A stretch of 64,000 bases of DNA from Candidatus Omnitrophota bacterium. Lineage in GTDB: Bacteria; Omnitrophota; Omnitrophia; Omnitrophales; Aquincolibacteriaceae. The translations under genes and the position numbers were made by a program. Under the pieces are notes generated by a model that worked only from the letters and a program-made list of their open reading frames with translations, ran no database searches and was not told the origin of the DNA. Numbering within the stretch: the first letter of the stretch is position 1; each line of letters begins with the position of its first letter. Shown here in pieces: positions 46,792-56,683 of this stretch. Where the stretch lies: positions 51,642-115,641 of the forward strand of contig JBAYGD010000003.1 of NCBI GenBank assembly GCA_041666865.1, in the 5' to 3' direction.

Positions 46792-48426
46792 CTAGGTTTT
46801 GTTTTCGCTGTCTGATTTGAGGCCGTACCTTTTGATCTTGTAGCCAAGGATCCGCTCCGTCACCGCGAGCATCTTAGCCGCCTTGCGCTGGTTGCCACCC
46901 GCCTTGCGCAGCGCTTCCTCGACCATCCGCTTTTCGAGGGCCTCCACGGCCCCCGTAAGGGAAGCCGGCGGAGCCCCCGGCGCGTTTCTGGTCTCTGCAG
47001 ACGATAAAGCCTCACCGCCTCCAAGCACCGTCTTGACTTCCGGGATCGGAAAATGCTCCGTCTCGAGGGTATCCGAAGTGGAAAGCACCACGGCCCGGGC
47101 CATCGCGTTCTCAAGCTCGCGAACATTGCCCGGCCAAGAATAATTCACGAGCGACTCCATGGCTGCATCCGAGATATAGCGGACCTTCTTGCCGTTTTCT
47201 TCGTTCGCTTTTTTCAGAAAATGGTTCACCAGGAGAGGAATGTCTTCCTTTCTTTCCCGAAGGGCCGGAAGAAAAATCGGCACCACATTGAGGCGGTAGT
47301 AAAGGTCCTCGCGGAAACGTTTGGCGGCCACCTCCTCCTCGAGATTTTTATTCGTCGCCGTAATCAGGCGCAGGTTCACGCGAATCGTCCCGGTCCCTCC
47401 GACGCGTTCAAACTCTTTTTCCTGAAGAACCCGCAGGAGCTTGACCTGGGTGCTCATCGGGATGTCGCCGATTTCGTCCAAAAAAAGCGTCCCGCCGTTG
47501 GCCAGCTCAAAACGCCCCATCTTGCTGGCTACGGCGCCCGTAAAAGCGCCCTTCTCGTAGCCGAACAGCTCGCTTTCAAGCAGGGTGTCCGGAAGTGCTG
47601 CGCAGGACACTTTAATAAACGGCTTTCCGGCCCGGTCGCTCGCGTAGTGGATCGCGTGGGCCACAAGCTCCTTGCCCGTTCCGCTCGCCCCGCGCAGGAG
47701 GACGGTTGCGGGAGTTTGACTGACCAGCTGGATCGAGGCATAGACGTCGGCCATGCGTTTCGACTCGCCAAGAATATTCGAAGGCCGGAACTTCTTCTGG
47801 AGCTCCTGCTGGAAGATCGTATTCTGCTGTTCGAGCTTCTGCCGCTCCCGCTTGCGCAGCCGGTGGAGCCGCACGGCCTGAGCCACGAGGGAACTGATGA
47901 GGGTGAGAAGCCGGACGTCTTCTTCGAAAGAAACATTTTCGCGGAAAAGCCGGTCCGCGCTCAAGACCCCGACTGTTTTTTGGTCCACTTTGATGGGAAC
48001 GCAAATAAAAGAAACGTTCCGGCGGGCGATGTCGCGCGAACGCGTCCGGTTCAAAAACAGGGGCTCGTCGCCGATGTTGGGAACAACGATGGGCTCCCCC
48101 GTCGCGACGACCTTGCCGGTAATTCCCTCGCCGACGCGGTAGCGGCCCCTTTGAATCGCCTTGGTGTCGAGACCGTGCGCCACTTCGATCGCAAGCTCAT
48201 TGGTCTCGTCATCGAGCAGGCACAGAGTCCCGCGCTCCATGCCCATCTTCTCGTGGAGAATGGTGAGAATCTGCCTCATGTTGCTCTCGAGTTCAAGCGA
48301 AGCATTGACGGCTTTCGCAATCTCATAGAGCGTGGCAAGTTCGACGAGCTCGCGCTCGAGCTTGGCTTCGTGCTTTGCGGGGCCATATGTCGGCTCGTCG
48401 GCGGACCCGGCCTTGCTGTTTTTCAA
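46792..48426 (-). CDS. Sigma-54-dependent transcriptional activator with N-terminal GAF sensor domain (NifA/FhlA-like)
   Basis: GAF domain, AAA+ sigma-54 interaction domain (GASGTGKELVAHAIH, GAFTGA, ESELFGYEKGAFTGA), C-terminal Fis-type HTH. Confidence 0.85.
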   Translation of the reverse strand: MKNSKAGSADEPTYGPAKHEAKLERELVELATLYEIAKAVNASLELESNMRQILTILHEKMGMERGTLCLLDDETNELAIEVAHGLDTKAIQRGRYRVGEGITGKVVATGEPIVVPNIGDEPLFLNRTRSRDIARRNVSFICVPIKVDQKTVGVLSADRLFRENVSFEEDVRLLTLISSLVAQAVRLHRLRKRERQKLEQQNTIFQQELQKKFRPSNILGESKRMADVYASIQLVSQTPATVLLRGASGTGKELVAHAIHYASDRAGKPFIKVSCAALPDTLLESELFGYEKGAFTGAVASKMGRFELANGGTLFLDEIGDIPMSTQVKLLRVLQEKEFERVGGTGTIRVNLRLITATNKNLEEEVAAKRFREDLYYRLNVVPIFLPALRERKEDIPLLVNHFLKKANEENGKKVRYISDAAMESLVNYSWPGNVRELENAMARAVVLSTSDTLETEHFPIPEVKTVLGGGEALSSAETRNAPGAPPASLTGAVEALEKRMVEEALRKAGGNQRKAAKMLAVTERILGYKIKRYGLKSDSENKT

Positions 48427-49259
48427 GGGGTGCTCCCCCCGGCCGGTTGGGCGCTCACGCCGTAGAGGACGATGCCCTTGGCATCGGCCTCCCGGATGAA
48501 CTCTTCGAGATCCAAAAAAATCGTCTTCCCGGCCTCAAAGGCGAAGGCCCGCGCCTTGACGGCCGCCAGTTCTTTGAGCGTTTTCAGCCCCACGGCCGGA
48601 ACGTCGAAGCGCATGTCTTGCCGGGGCTTGGCCACTTTGACGACGGTAACCCGCCCCCCCGCAAGTTCCCCTCCCCGGCGGATGGCGCGGTCAGTGCCTT
48701 CAATCGCTTCAATCGCCATAACGGCTTTTCTGCGAACCACCACCGTCTGACCGATATCGAGGCCCGCGATCGCCTTGGCCGTTTCATAACCGAAGGCGAT
48801 GTCTTCGAGGACTTCCTTGGAGGGCTTCCGTTTCCCGAGAGGGCCCGCCCCGGGCAGGGCATCCCGGAGGTAATAAGTGGAATCCATCAGATCAATGCCC
48901 TGGGCGTGGAGGTAATCGGCAATCCCGCCCAAAAGCGAGTCGTCTTTGAAATCCCGGGTTTTCATGACGACCTTGAACATCTCGAAATCGGGACGGACAT
49001 TTTCCTGGAACAGCCGGACCTTCTCGATCTTGCCCGCCATCACGGCCTCATGAACGCCCTCGCGCCGGAAGAACTTGACGATCCGTCCAAGCTCGCCGAG
49101 CTTCACCCACTGGAAGGCGTCCGAGAGCTTTTCCAGAATCGGGTCGGCTTCCTTCTCGACGGCGCAGACGACGGTCCGGTGCCCTTCGCGATGGGCTTCC
49201 TTGACCACAAAAACGGGAAAACGGCCGTTTCCCGCGATCACTCCGACAGTTTTGCTCAT
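48423..49259 (-). CDS. lpxI: UDP-2,3-diacylglucosamine hydrolase LpxI (DUF1009 family)
   Basis: MSKTVGVIAGNGRFP N-terminus typical of LpxI; positioned immediately downstream of lpxA; start ATG 49259 with GGAGGA RBS. Confidence 0.65.
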   Translation of the reverse strand: MSKTVGVIAGNGRFPVFVVKEAHREGHRTVVCAVEKEADPILEKLSDAFQWVKLGELGRIVKFFRREGVHEAVMAGKIEKVRLFQENVRPDFEMFKVVMKTRDFKDDSLLGGIADYLHAQGIDLMDSTYYLRDALPGAGPLGKRKPSKEVLEDIAFGYETAKAIAGLDIGQTVVVRRKAVMAIEAIEGTDRAIRRGGELAGGRVTVVKVAKPRQDMRFDVPAVGLKTLKELAAVKARAFAFEAGKTIFLDLEEFIREADAKGIVLYGVSAQPAGGSTP

Positions 49260-49338
49260 GTTCAGAAAATCCTCCGGGGGCCCCAAGCCTCTTCACGCAC
49301 GCGTCCGGAAAGACAAACCAGGACGCCCGCGCGGTGGC

Positions 49339-50106
49339 TCAGCGGCAAATGCCGCGTTCGGATTGTTTCAAAAATTCGAGGAGGTCAGCCACCGCACGCG
49401 AGGAGGAATTTTCCGCGCTCAGAGTCGCAATGGCCTTTTTCAGGGTAAGACCCGATTTGAAGACGATCCTGAACGCATTCTTCAGGGCATCCTTGTCCTC
49501 TTTCGTAAATCCGGCCCGGTCGAGGCCGACCACGTTAATACCGTAAACACGGGCCGGGTGGCCGTCAGCAATGGTATACGGAGGCACATCCTGAACCACC
49601 TTGGTGCAGCCTCCAATCAAAGACAGCTTCCCGATCCGCACGAACTGGTGGACGGCACTCAAGCCCCCGATGATCCCGCGGTCTTCGACGATGACGTGGC
49701 CCGCCAGGGTCGCCGCGTTGGCCAAAGTGGCATCATTGCCGATCACACAGTCGTGGGCTACGTGGCTGTAGGCCATTAAGAGGTTATCGCTGCCGATGAC
49801 GGTGGCGGTTCCGTCCTTCGTGCCGGGATTGATGGTGACATACTCGCGGATCTTATTGCGGTCGCCGATGCGCAAATAACTCATCCCACCGTCGAATTTC
49901 TTGTCCTGCGTCATACTTCCGACGACGGCTCCCGTGAAGATTTCGTTGTCGCAGCCCAAGGTCGTGTGCCCCTCGAGGGTCACACGCGGCCCCACCACCG
50001 TCCGGTCTCCGATTCTGACCGTTCCGGCGATACAGCAGAAAGGGCCGATCTCGACCCCTTCCCCGAGTTGGGCCCCCGGGTCCACAATCGCCGTCGGATG
50101 AATCAT
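49339..50106 (-). CDS. lpxA: UDP-N-acetylglucosamine O-acyltransferase
   Basis: Left-handed beta-helix hexapeptide repeats, MIHPTAIVDPGAQLGEGVEIGPF start (ATG 50106). Confidence 0.85.
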   Translation of the reverse strand: MIHPTAIVDPGAQLGEGVEIGPFCCIAGTVRIGDRTVVGPRVTLEGHTTLGCDNEIFTGAVVGSMTQDKKFDGGMSYLRIGDRNKIREYVTINPGTKDGTATVIGSDNLLMAYSHVAHDCVIGNDATLANAATLAGHVIVEDRGIIGGLSAVHQFVRIGKLSLIGGCTKVVQDVPPYTIADGHPARVYGINVVGLDRAGFTKEDKDALKNAFRIVFKSGLTLKKAIATLSAENSSSRAVADLLEFLKQSERGICR

Positions 50107-51395
50107 CACCGATCGACCACTGCGAACTTCACCTCCGCTTCGCATACCAGCTTCTCCCCCACGTAGGCCAGCCCGAGGCACTGCCCGGTTCTTGCTCTGA
50201 TTTTCTGCACTTTGACTTCCATCCGCAAAACATCGCCGGGAGTCACCGGGGCTCTGAACTTTGCGGAATCGATGCTCATGAAATAGGCGATCTTCCCGTG
50301 ATTTTCGGCTTTGCTCAGCATCACGACCCCGCCGACTTGCGCCATCGCCTCGATGATGAGGACTCCCGGCATCACCGGGTGCCCTGGGAAATGCCCCTGG
50401 AAAAAGTAATCGTTCATCGTCACCTGCTTGTATCCGACCGCCCCCACCCCGGGCTCAAATTTTTCGATGCGGTCGACAAACAAAAAGGGATAGCGATGCG
50501 GAATGATCTTTTGGATCTGTTCGACTGTCAGGCTAGAGGGGTACGACACGTTGGCCTCCTGCTTTGTTTCAGATTCCATGACCAGTTTCCTCACGAATTC
50601 CACGTTAAGCGCGTGCCCGCTCCTGCTGGCGATCACATGCCCCCGGATGAACCGGCCCGCCAGGAACAAATCTCCGAGGAGATCCACGATCTTGTGGCGG
50701 CAGGCCTCGTTGGGATATCTCAGGGTATTGTCGATGGGAACGTTCTGTTCGAACACCAGCGTATTGGCCAGGTTCGCACCCTTCCCGAAGCCCTTGGCCA
50801 AAAGGAGCTCGGCCTCCTGCTTTAGGCAAAAGGTCCTTGCCGCAGCCAATTCGCTTTCGAAAACCTCAGGGAGGACCCGCAGAGTCATGAACTGGTCGCC
50901 CAGGTCTTCGTGCCGGTAACTCAGCGTATAGGAAACGCTGAAATGCGGCGCCGGCAAAAGCACGATGGATTGGTCGCCCCGGTCGCAAAAAACCGGCCGA
51001 GCGATCTCAATCCATTTGCGCTCGGCGTCCAGTTCTTCGAGCCCGACACCCATGAAGGCCTCCGTAAATTCCCGGGCGCTTCCGTCCATCGCCGGAATTT
51101 CCTCTCCGTCGACCTCCACCAAGGCATTGTCGATCCCGAGTCCGTGGAAGGAGGCCATGAGATGCTCGATCGTCCTGACCACCCCTGTTCCGACCGCAAG
51201 CGCCGTCTGCCGCGCATCATCGCTATGGACATTTTCGATGCAAGCCTTGACGCGAAGGCCCGGATCCAAATCCACCCGCGAGAAAAGGATGCCGGCGTCC
51301 GAGCCCGAGGGCAGGACGCGCAGGCGAACCGGGATCCCCGTATGGATCCCGTTGCCCTCGAAAGAAACTTCGCTTTTTAAGGTCCTCTGCTTCAT
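50106..51395 (-). CDS. lpxC-fabZ: Bifunctional UDP-3-O-acyl-GlcNAc deacetylase / 3-hydroxyacyl-ACP dehydratase (LpxC-FabZ fusion)
   Basis: N-terminal ~280 aa LpxC (GIHTG..., HTLEH-like HLMASFHGLGID), C-terminal FabZ hot-dog (FFQGHFPGHPVMPGVLIIEAMAQ). Confidence 0.85.
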   Translation of the reverse strand: MKQRTLKSEVSFEGNGIHTGIPVRLRVLPSGSDAGILFSRVDLDPGLRVKACIENVHSDDARQTALAVGTGVVRTIEHLMASFHGLGIDNALVEVDGEEIPAMDGSAREFTEAFMGVGLEELDAERKWIEIARPVFCDRGDQSIVLLPAPHFSVSYTLSYRHEDLGDQFMTLRVLPEVFESELAAARTFCLKQEAELLLAKGFGKGANLANTLVFEQNVPIDNTLRYPNEACRHKIVDLLGDLFLAGRFIRGHVIASRSGHALNVEFVRKLVMESETKQEANVSYPSSLTVEQIQKIIPHRYPFLFVDRIEKFEPGVGAVGYKQVTMNDYFFQGHFPGHPVMPGVLIIEAMAQVGGVVMLSKAENHGKIAYFMSIDSAKFRAPVTPGDVLRMEVKVQKIRARTGQCLGLAYVGEKLVCEAEVKFAVVDR

Positions 51396-51420
51396 GGGTC
51401 GTTCGATTCCCCTTTGCGAT

Positions 51421-51948
51421 TTATTTTTTCTTCGAATAATTCGAATTCAGCTCGGTCAGAATATCCTGGGTCACGTCGAACTTCGGATTGTGGTAGACCA
51501 GGACGCGCTCGTTGAAAATGAAGTCGACGGCTTTGCGCTCCCCGTAACGCTGAACGGTGTCGTCGATATCCTGGAAGATTTCCTTCAGGATCTTGTTTCT
51601 CTGCTGCGTCAGGTCCCGCTGGGTCACTTGATCGAAGTCCTGGAGGGTGCGGACCTTTTCATCGATGCCCTCCTGCTTTTTGGCTTTGGCGTCATCGGCC
51701 AAAAGCGCAAGCTCGTCCTTCATCTGCTTGACTTCCTTGACCAGAATCTGCCGCTCGTCTTCCTTCTGTTTCCCGAGCGCCTGGAAGGAATTGTCATTGT
51801 CCTTGGTCTTCTGGTATTCCTCGACGACTTTTGCGACATCAACAAACGCGTAACTGCCTTCGGCAGCCAGCGCGGCCCTGGAGCCCCACGCTAAAACGAT
51901 CGCCGTCAAAATGAGTCCAACCACTGCAAGTCTGCTTTTCTTCTTCAT
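51421..51948 (-). CDS. skp: Periplasmic chaperone Skp (OmpH)
   Basis: Signal peptide from ATG 51948 (GGAGAAG RBS), K/E/Q-rich coiled-coil body typical of OmpH. Confidence 0.7.
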   Translation of the reverse strand: MKKKSRLAVVGLILTAIVLAWGSRAALAAEGSYAFVDVAKVVEEYQKTKDNDNSFQALGKQKEDERQILVKEVKQMKDELALLADDAKAKKQEGIDEKVRTLQDFDQVTQRDLTQQRNKILKEIFQDIDDTVQRYGERKAVDFIFNERVLVYHNPKFDVTQDILTELNSNYSKKK

Positions 51949-51976
51949 CGCTTCTTCTCCTTGGTTAGATTTACCT

Positions 51977-54382
51977 TTAAAAGCCACGCCCAAAACTGAA
52001 TTCAAAACGGCCGTTTTCATTTTTCTCATCCGGATTGGCCACCGGATATCCGTAATAGAACGCGATAGGGCCAATCGGAGTCTTCATCTTGAGCCCCGGG
52101 CCGACGCTCATGGCGACCTCGTTAAACCCGAAGTCGAAAGTATCCGAATTCACCTGCCCGGCATCCATAAAAACCGCGCCCCGGAAACCCTCCAGGTAGG
52201 GAATGGGAACAGAATACTCCATGTTGATGATAGCCATCGACTGGCCTCCGACGGCATCCCCGTTTTCCATGGGACCAACCCTGCGGTATTCGTAACCGCG
52301 GACCGTCCCCAAACCTCCGGCGTAAAAACGGTCGAAAACAGGAACCTCGTCGGAACCGCTGAGCGAGTCGGAAACGCCGACCCTGGCCTTCATTTCCAGC
52401 AAGTGCTTTTTGAAAACATTCCAATAATACGTATAAGCGGCGTTCAAGATGTAATAACTCTCGTCTCCCCCGAGAAAAGTCCCGATGAGCTCGCCGCCGA
52501 GCGAGGCCAGTTGTCCCTTCATCGGACTGATGATGCTATCGCGGGTGTCGTAAGAGCCGAAAGTCTTCATACGCGAAAGCCATGTCTTCCCGTCGAATTT
52601 CCGGACGGTATCCGGGGCATCGTCGGCAAGGTCATAAAGCTCGACCCTCTCGAAGGTATACCCGCCGCCCGCGCGGAAAACGTCCTTGAAGGCCCTCGAC
52701 AAGGTGGTCCCGGCCCCGAGGCGCCCTTCGTTATAATCGACGTTCTTGTCGTCGCGACGCGTATTGTAAAGGTCCGTGCTTAACGCATACGGGCGGTTGA
52801 AAAGATAGGGCTCCGTAAAATTAAGGTTGAAATTCTGGCTGATCGTCCCGATGCGCGCTCCGAGGGAAACCGACTGCCCGCCTCCGGTGAAGCGCGGCCA
52901 GTTGAAAAGATCGAAATTGCGCTGGGCGATTTCGGCGAAGCCGACGAGATTGTCCACGGAGCTGATCCCGCCTCCGAACGACAGCTCTCCGGTCCGCTTT
53001 TCCTTGACGCGGAAAATGAGGTCCTTGCGGTTCGGGGTCTGCGTCGGCTCCGTGTCATAGGTGATTTCTTCGAAATAATTCAGGTTTTCGAGGCGCTGCT
53101 TCGACTTCTTGATTTTTTCACCGTCAAAGCGCTCTCCCGGCCGGATCCGAAGCTCGCGGCGGATGACCATATCCTTGGTTTTCGTGTTGCCCCGGACCAC
53201 CACCTTCTCGACGAAGTAAAGGTCCCCTTCCTCGATCTGATAGGTGACGTCCACTTTCCCCGTGTCTTTGTTGAGGCCGATGTCGGGCACGACCCGGGCG
53301 TCCATGTATCCCTGCTCCTGATAATAATCGCGGGCCGCCTCGACGTCCTTGGAGAGGTAATATTGGGAATAGGTCATCCCCGGCAGCATCTCGAGCCGCT
53401 GCCAGATCTCGGATTCTGGGAAGAGCTTGTTGCCCTGAATCTTGATCTCTCCGGTCACGTAGTGTTTGCCCTCTTCTGCGCTGATCGCAATCAGAATCGC
53501 GCGATGCTCCTTGTCGTAATCGAAACGAGGTTCGACCCGGACGTCCAGATAACCTTCCTGCTGGTAATAAAGCTTGATCCGCTCAATGTCTTTCTGAAAC
53601 TTGCCCTCGTTGAAGACGCCCCTGCGGAAAAGCCAGAGGTTCCGTTGCTTGGTCTTCATCAGCTTGGCCAGCTTCTTGGGCTTGAACGCTTTCACCCCTT
53701 CGAACTTGACGGAGCGGATGCGGTAGGATTCGCCCTCCAGGATCGTAATCGTCACGATGGCCTCTTTGGTCGTCGAATCGACGTCGGCCTCCGACTGCAC
53801 GTCGACAAACCGGTAGCCCTTCTCGGCGTACATCTTCCGGATTTCCTCGACGCCCTGCTTGACGGCCTGGCGGTCAAGGATCTGGCCTTCCACGACCTTG
53901 AGAGTTTTGCGCAGCTTCTCTTCCTTAAAGATACTGAACCCCTTGATCTTGATCGTCCGGATGATCGGTTTCTCGACGACGCTCACGACGAGGACATAGC
54001 CCTCGGGCTTTTCCTCCACTTCCATCTGGATGTCTTCGAAAAAGCCGGCGCTGTAAAGCCGCTTGACGTCGCCGTTGACCGTTTCCTGCACGAGCTGTCC
54101 GCCCTTTCGGGACTGGATTTTACTCAAGATCGTGTTGGTACTGACGATCCGGTTGCCCTTGACCTGGACATCGGCAATGATGTTCGGCTGTTGGGCAGGG
54201 CTTTGCTGCGTGGGAGCCGCGGGCTTTCCCGCGGCGGCAGGCTCGGCTGCTTCGGGCGCTTCATCGAGGGCCTGGACCGCCTTCGCGAGCTCGTCGCTTT
54301 TGCCCCCGGATTCCTGAGCGTATCCGGCGAGAGCTCCGGCGAGCAGGGCCAGAAAAAAAACAGACCAAAAACGCCGACTCAT
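51977..54382 (-). CDS. bamA: Outer-membrane protein assembly factor BamA
   Basis: Signal peptide, low-complexity spacer, 5 POTRA domains, C-terminal 16-strand barrel ending ...FSFGRGF; ATGA overlap with dnaB stop. Confidence 0.85.
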   Translation of the reverse strand: MSRRFWSVFFLALLAGALAGYAQESGGKSDELAKAVQALDEAPEAAEPAAAGKPAAPTQQSPAQQPNIIADVQVKGNRIVSTNTILSKIQSRKGGQLVQETVNGDVKRLYSAGFFEDIQMEVEEKPEGYVLVVSVVEKPIIRTIKIKGFSIFKEEKLRKTLKVVEGQILDRQAVKQGVEEIRKMYAEKGYRFVDVQSEADVDSTTKEAIVTITILEGESYRIRSVKFEGVKAFKPKKLAKLMKTKQRNLWLFRRGVFNEGKFQKDIERIKLYYQQEGYLDVRVEPRFDYDKEHRAILIAISAEEGKHYVTGEIKIQGNKLFPESEIWQRLEMLPGMTYSQYYLSKDVEAARDYYQEQGYMDARVVPDIGLNKDTGKVDVTYQIEEGDLYFVEKVVVRGNTKTKDMVIRRELRIRPGERFDGEKIKKSKQRLENLNYFEEITYDTEPTQTPNRKDLIFRVKEKRTGELSFGGGISSVDNLVGFAEIAQRNFDLFNWPRFTGGGQSVSLGARIGTISQNFNLNFTEPYLFNRPYALSTDLYNTRRDDKNVDYNEGRLGAGTTLSRAFKDVFRAGGGYTFERVELYDLADDAPDTVRKFDGKTWLSRMKTFGSYDTRDSIISPMKGQLASLGGELIGTFLGGDESYYILNAAYTYYWNVFKKHLLEMKARVGVSDSLSGSDEVPVFDRFYAGGLGTVRGYEYRRVGPMENGDAVGGQSMAIINMEYSVPIPYLEGFRGAVFMDAGQVNSDTFDFGFNEVAMSVGPGLKMKTPIGPIAFYYGYPVANPDEKNENGRFEFSFGRGF

Positions 54383-55746
54383 GACATATCCCCTTCCCGA
54401 TGCTGAAACTCCGGATTCTCGAAACGCGTCAGGTCCTTCAAAAAGACGAGGTCGCAAGTTCCGATCGGCCCGTTACGCTGTTTGGCGATGATGGCCTCGG
54501 CCTTGTTTCTATTTTCCTCGGTAGGATTGTAATATTCTTCGCGAAAAAGGAAAACAACTAAATCTGCATCCTGCTCGATGGCTCCCGACTCCCGGAGATC
54601 CGAAAGCTGGGGACGGTTTCCGGTGCGGCTTTCGACGGCGCGCGACAGCTGGCTGACGGCGATCACCGGCACCCTGAGTTCGCGCGCAAGCGCCTTGAGA
54701 GAGCGCGAAATCTCGGAGATTTCCTGCTGCCGGCTTTCCGCGCGCCCCACACCCTGCATGAGCTGCATATAGTCGATCACGATGAGTTCCACCCCGTGCT
54801 GCATTTTCAGGCGCCTCGCCTTGGCGCGCACCTCGAGGACCGTCTGGGCCGGCGTGTCGTCAATGTAGATGGGCGACTCGGAAAGCTTGCCCGCGGCGCT
54901 GGTCAGTTTCGGCCAGTCCTGATGCGAAAGATAGCCGGTCCTGACTTTTTGGGCATCGACCCGGCCGTGCGAACAAAGCATCCTCTGGACAAGCTGTTCT
55001 TTGCTCATTTCAAGGGAAAAAAAAGCAATCGGCCGTTTTTCGAGGATAGCCGCATGCTCGCATAGGCACGAGACGAAGGCCGATTTGCCCATGGAGGGCC
55101 GGCCGGCCACGATGATCAGGTCGGAGGGTTGGAGGCCCGCCGTCTTGACGTCAAACTCATGGAAGCCCGTCGGGATTCCGGTGACGTGCTCTTTCTGCTG
55201 ATAGAGCTTGTCGATCGATTCCATGCTGTCCCGGATGATATCCCTCATCGCATAAAAGCGGCCTTCGATCCGGTCCTGACTGACTTCGAAAACCATCCGC
55301 TCGGCGTCCTCGAGGACCGCATTGACCTCGCTCGAGGGGTCAAAACAGCGCTGAATGATTTGAGTGGTGTTTTGGATCAGCCCGCGCAGCAGGGCCTTTT
55401 CCTTGACGATGTGCGCGTAATGCTCGATGTGGGCCGCCGTCGGAACCGAAGCCGTCAGCTGCGTCAAATAGTTCAGCCCCCCGACCGATTCGAGCTCGCC
55501 GCGCTTGCCGAGCTCCTCGCCGAGTGTGACAAGATCGACGGGGCGGTTTTTTTCGAAAAGGGCTTGAACGACCGAGAAAATACGGCGGTGGGCGTCTTCG
55601 TAAAAATAGGCGGGACGGAGCAGCTCAATCGCGCGAACAAGCGCCTGCTCGTCAAAAAGCATCGAGCCGAGGACACTTGCCTCGGCTTCGCGGTTTTGCG
55701 GGGGAACCTTCTCGAGAAGGTTCAAAGATGAATCCGAATGGGCCAC
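54379..55746 (-). CDS. dnaB: Replicative DNA helicase
   Basis: 455 aa; Walker A GRPSMGKSAF, DnaB N- and C-terminal domains; no intein. Confidence 0.9.
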   Translation of the reverse strand: MAHSDSSLNLLEKVPPQNREAEASVLGSMLFDEQALVRAIELLRPAYFYEDAHRRIFSVVQALFEKNRPVDLVTLGEELGKRGELESVGGLNYLTQLTASVPTAAHIEHYAHIVKEKALLRGLIQNTTQIIQRCFDPSSEVNAVLEDAERMVFEVSQDRIEGRFYAMRDIIRDSMESIDKLYQQKEHVTGIPTGFHEFDVKTAGLQPSDLIIVAGRPSMGKSAFVSCLCEHAAILEKRPIAFFSLEMSKEQLVQRMLCSHGRVDAQKVRTGYLSHQDWPKLTSAAGKLSESPIYIDDTPAQTVLEVRAKARRLKMQHGVELIVIDYMQLMQGVGRAESRQQEISEISRSLKALARELRVPVIAVSQLSRAVESRTGNRPQLSDLRESGAIEQDADLVVFLFREEYYNPTEENRNKAEAIIAKQRNGPIGTCDLVFLKDLTRFENPEFQHREGDMS

Positions 55747-55767
55747 CGGTCACACGCCCCTTTGACG

Positions 55768-56223
55768 TCAGGGTTGGGTTTGCTCTTCGACCACTTCGAC
55801 GGAAACCGATGCCTTGACCCCCGGATAAATCTCGACCGGCACGGTATAGCTGCCAATCAGCCGGATGTGCTCCTTGAGAAGGACGTGCTTTTTGTCGGTT
55901 TCGAACCCTTGAAGCTTCAGGGCTTCGGCCACATGCTCGGAGGTCACGGACCCAAAAAGCTTTCCCTTTTCACCCGTCTTGGCAGGGATCACGAGATTGA
56001 GCTTGCCGAGTTCGCCGGCGCGGATCTGAGCCTTTTGCTTTTCCTTGGCCTTGCGTTCGGCGCTTCGGGTGCGCTGCTCTTCGACGAACTTCTGATTGGT
56101 CCGGGTCGAGGCCATCGCCAGTTTTCTGGGAAAAAGAAAATTACGCGCGTAGCCGTCACTGACCTTGACGACATCGCCCTTACGGCCAACATTCGTAACA
56201 TCGTTTAACAGGATCAACTCCAT
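55768..56223 (-). CDS. rplI: 50S ribosomal protein L9
   Basis: MELILLNDVTNVGRKGDVVKVSDGYARNFL; start ATG 56223 with GGGAGGG RBS. Confidence 0.85.
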   Translation of the reverse strand: MELILLNDVTNVGRKGDVVKVSDGYARNFLFPRKLAMASTRTNQKFVEEQRTRSAERKAKEKQKAQIRAGELGKLNLVIPAKTGEKGKLFGSVTSEHVAEALKLQGFETDKKHVLLKEHIRLIGSYTVPVEIYPGVKASVSVEVVEEQTQP

Positions 56224-56293
56224 AACCCACACCCTCCCAAAGAGAACGTTCAAAAATTTCGTGATTGCCGGTCAATGACGTCCGGCGGCCCGA

Positions 56294-56668
56294 TCAATCC
56301 AGCTGAAAGGGAAGCAACCCGGCCTGGCGCGAGCGCTTGATCGCGCGGGCCAGCAGGCGCTGCTGCTTGGCCGTCAATCCCGTCATACGCCGGGGAATAA
56401 TCTTTGCCTTTTCCGTGAGGAATTTGGACAGACGCTCGGTATCCTTAGGATCAACGGCGGCGGGTCCCTCGGCAAAAATCGAATAAAACCGGTTGATTTT
56501 TCGGCGGTATCCCCCCGAGCGCATGCCGCCCGAGTCTCCGTAGCCGCCGGATCTCGGCCGGCCCGGCCCCCTCGAATCATCCGAGGAAGATTTTCGGCCT
56601 CCGGGTCTTGCCCCTGGGCGCCCGGACGGTCCGCCGGTTCTTGAAGGTGGTCTTTTTCCTGGAATCAT
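56294..56668 (-). CDS. rpsR: 30S ribosomal protein S18 with ~50-aa G/R-rich N-terminal extension
   Basis: Conserved S18 core (RRKINRFY...[31 protein letters not shown]); ATG 56668 with AAGGAG RBS. Confidence 0.8.
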   Translation of the reverse strand: MIPGKRPPSRTGGPSGRPGARPGGRKSSSDDSRGPGRPRSGGYGDSGGMRSGGYRRKINRFYSIFAEGPAAVDPKDTERLSKFLTEKAKIIPRRMTGLTAKQQRLLARAIKRSRQAGLLPFQLD

Positions 56669-56683
56669 GTTCAAGCTCCTTAA

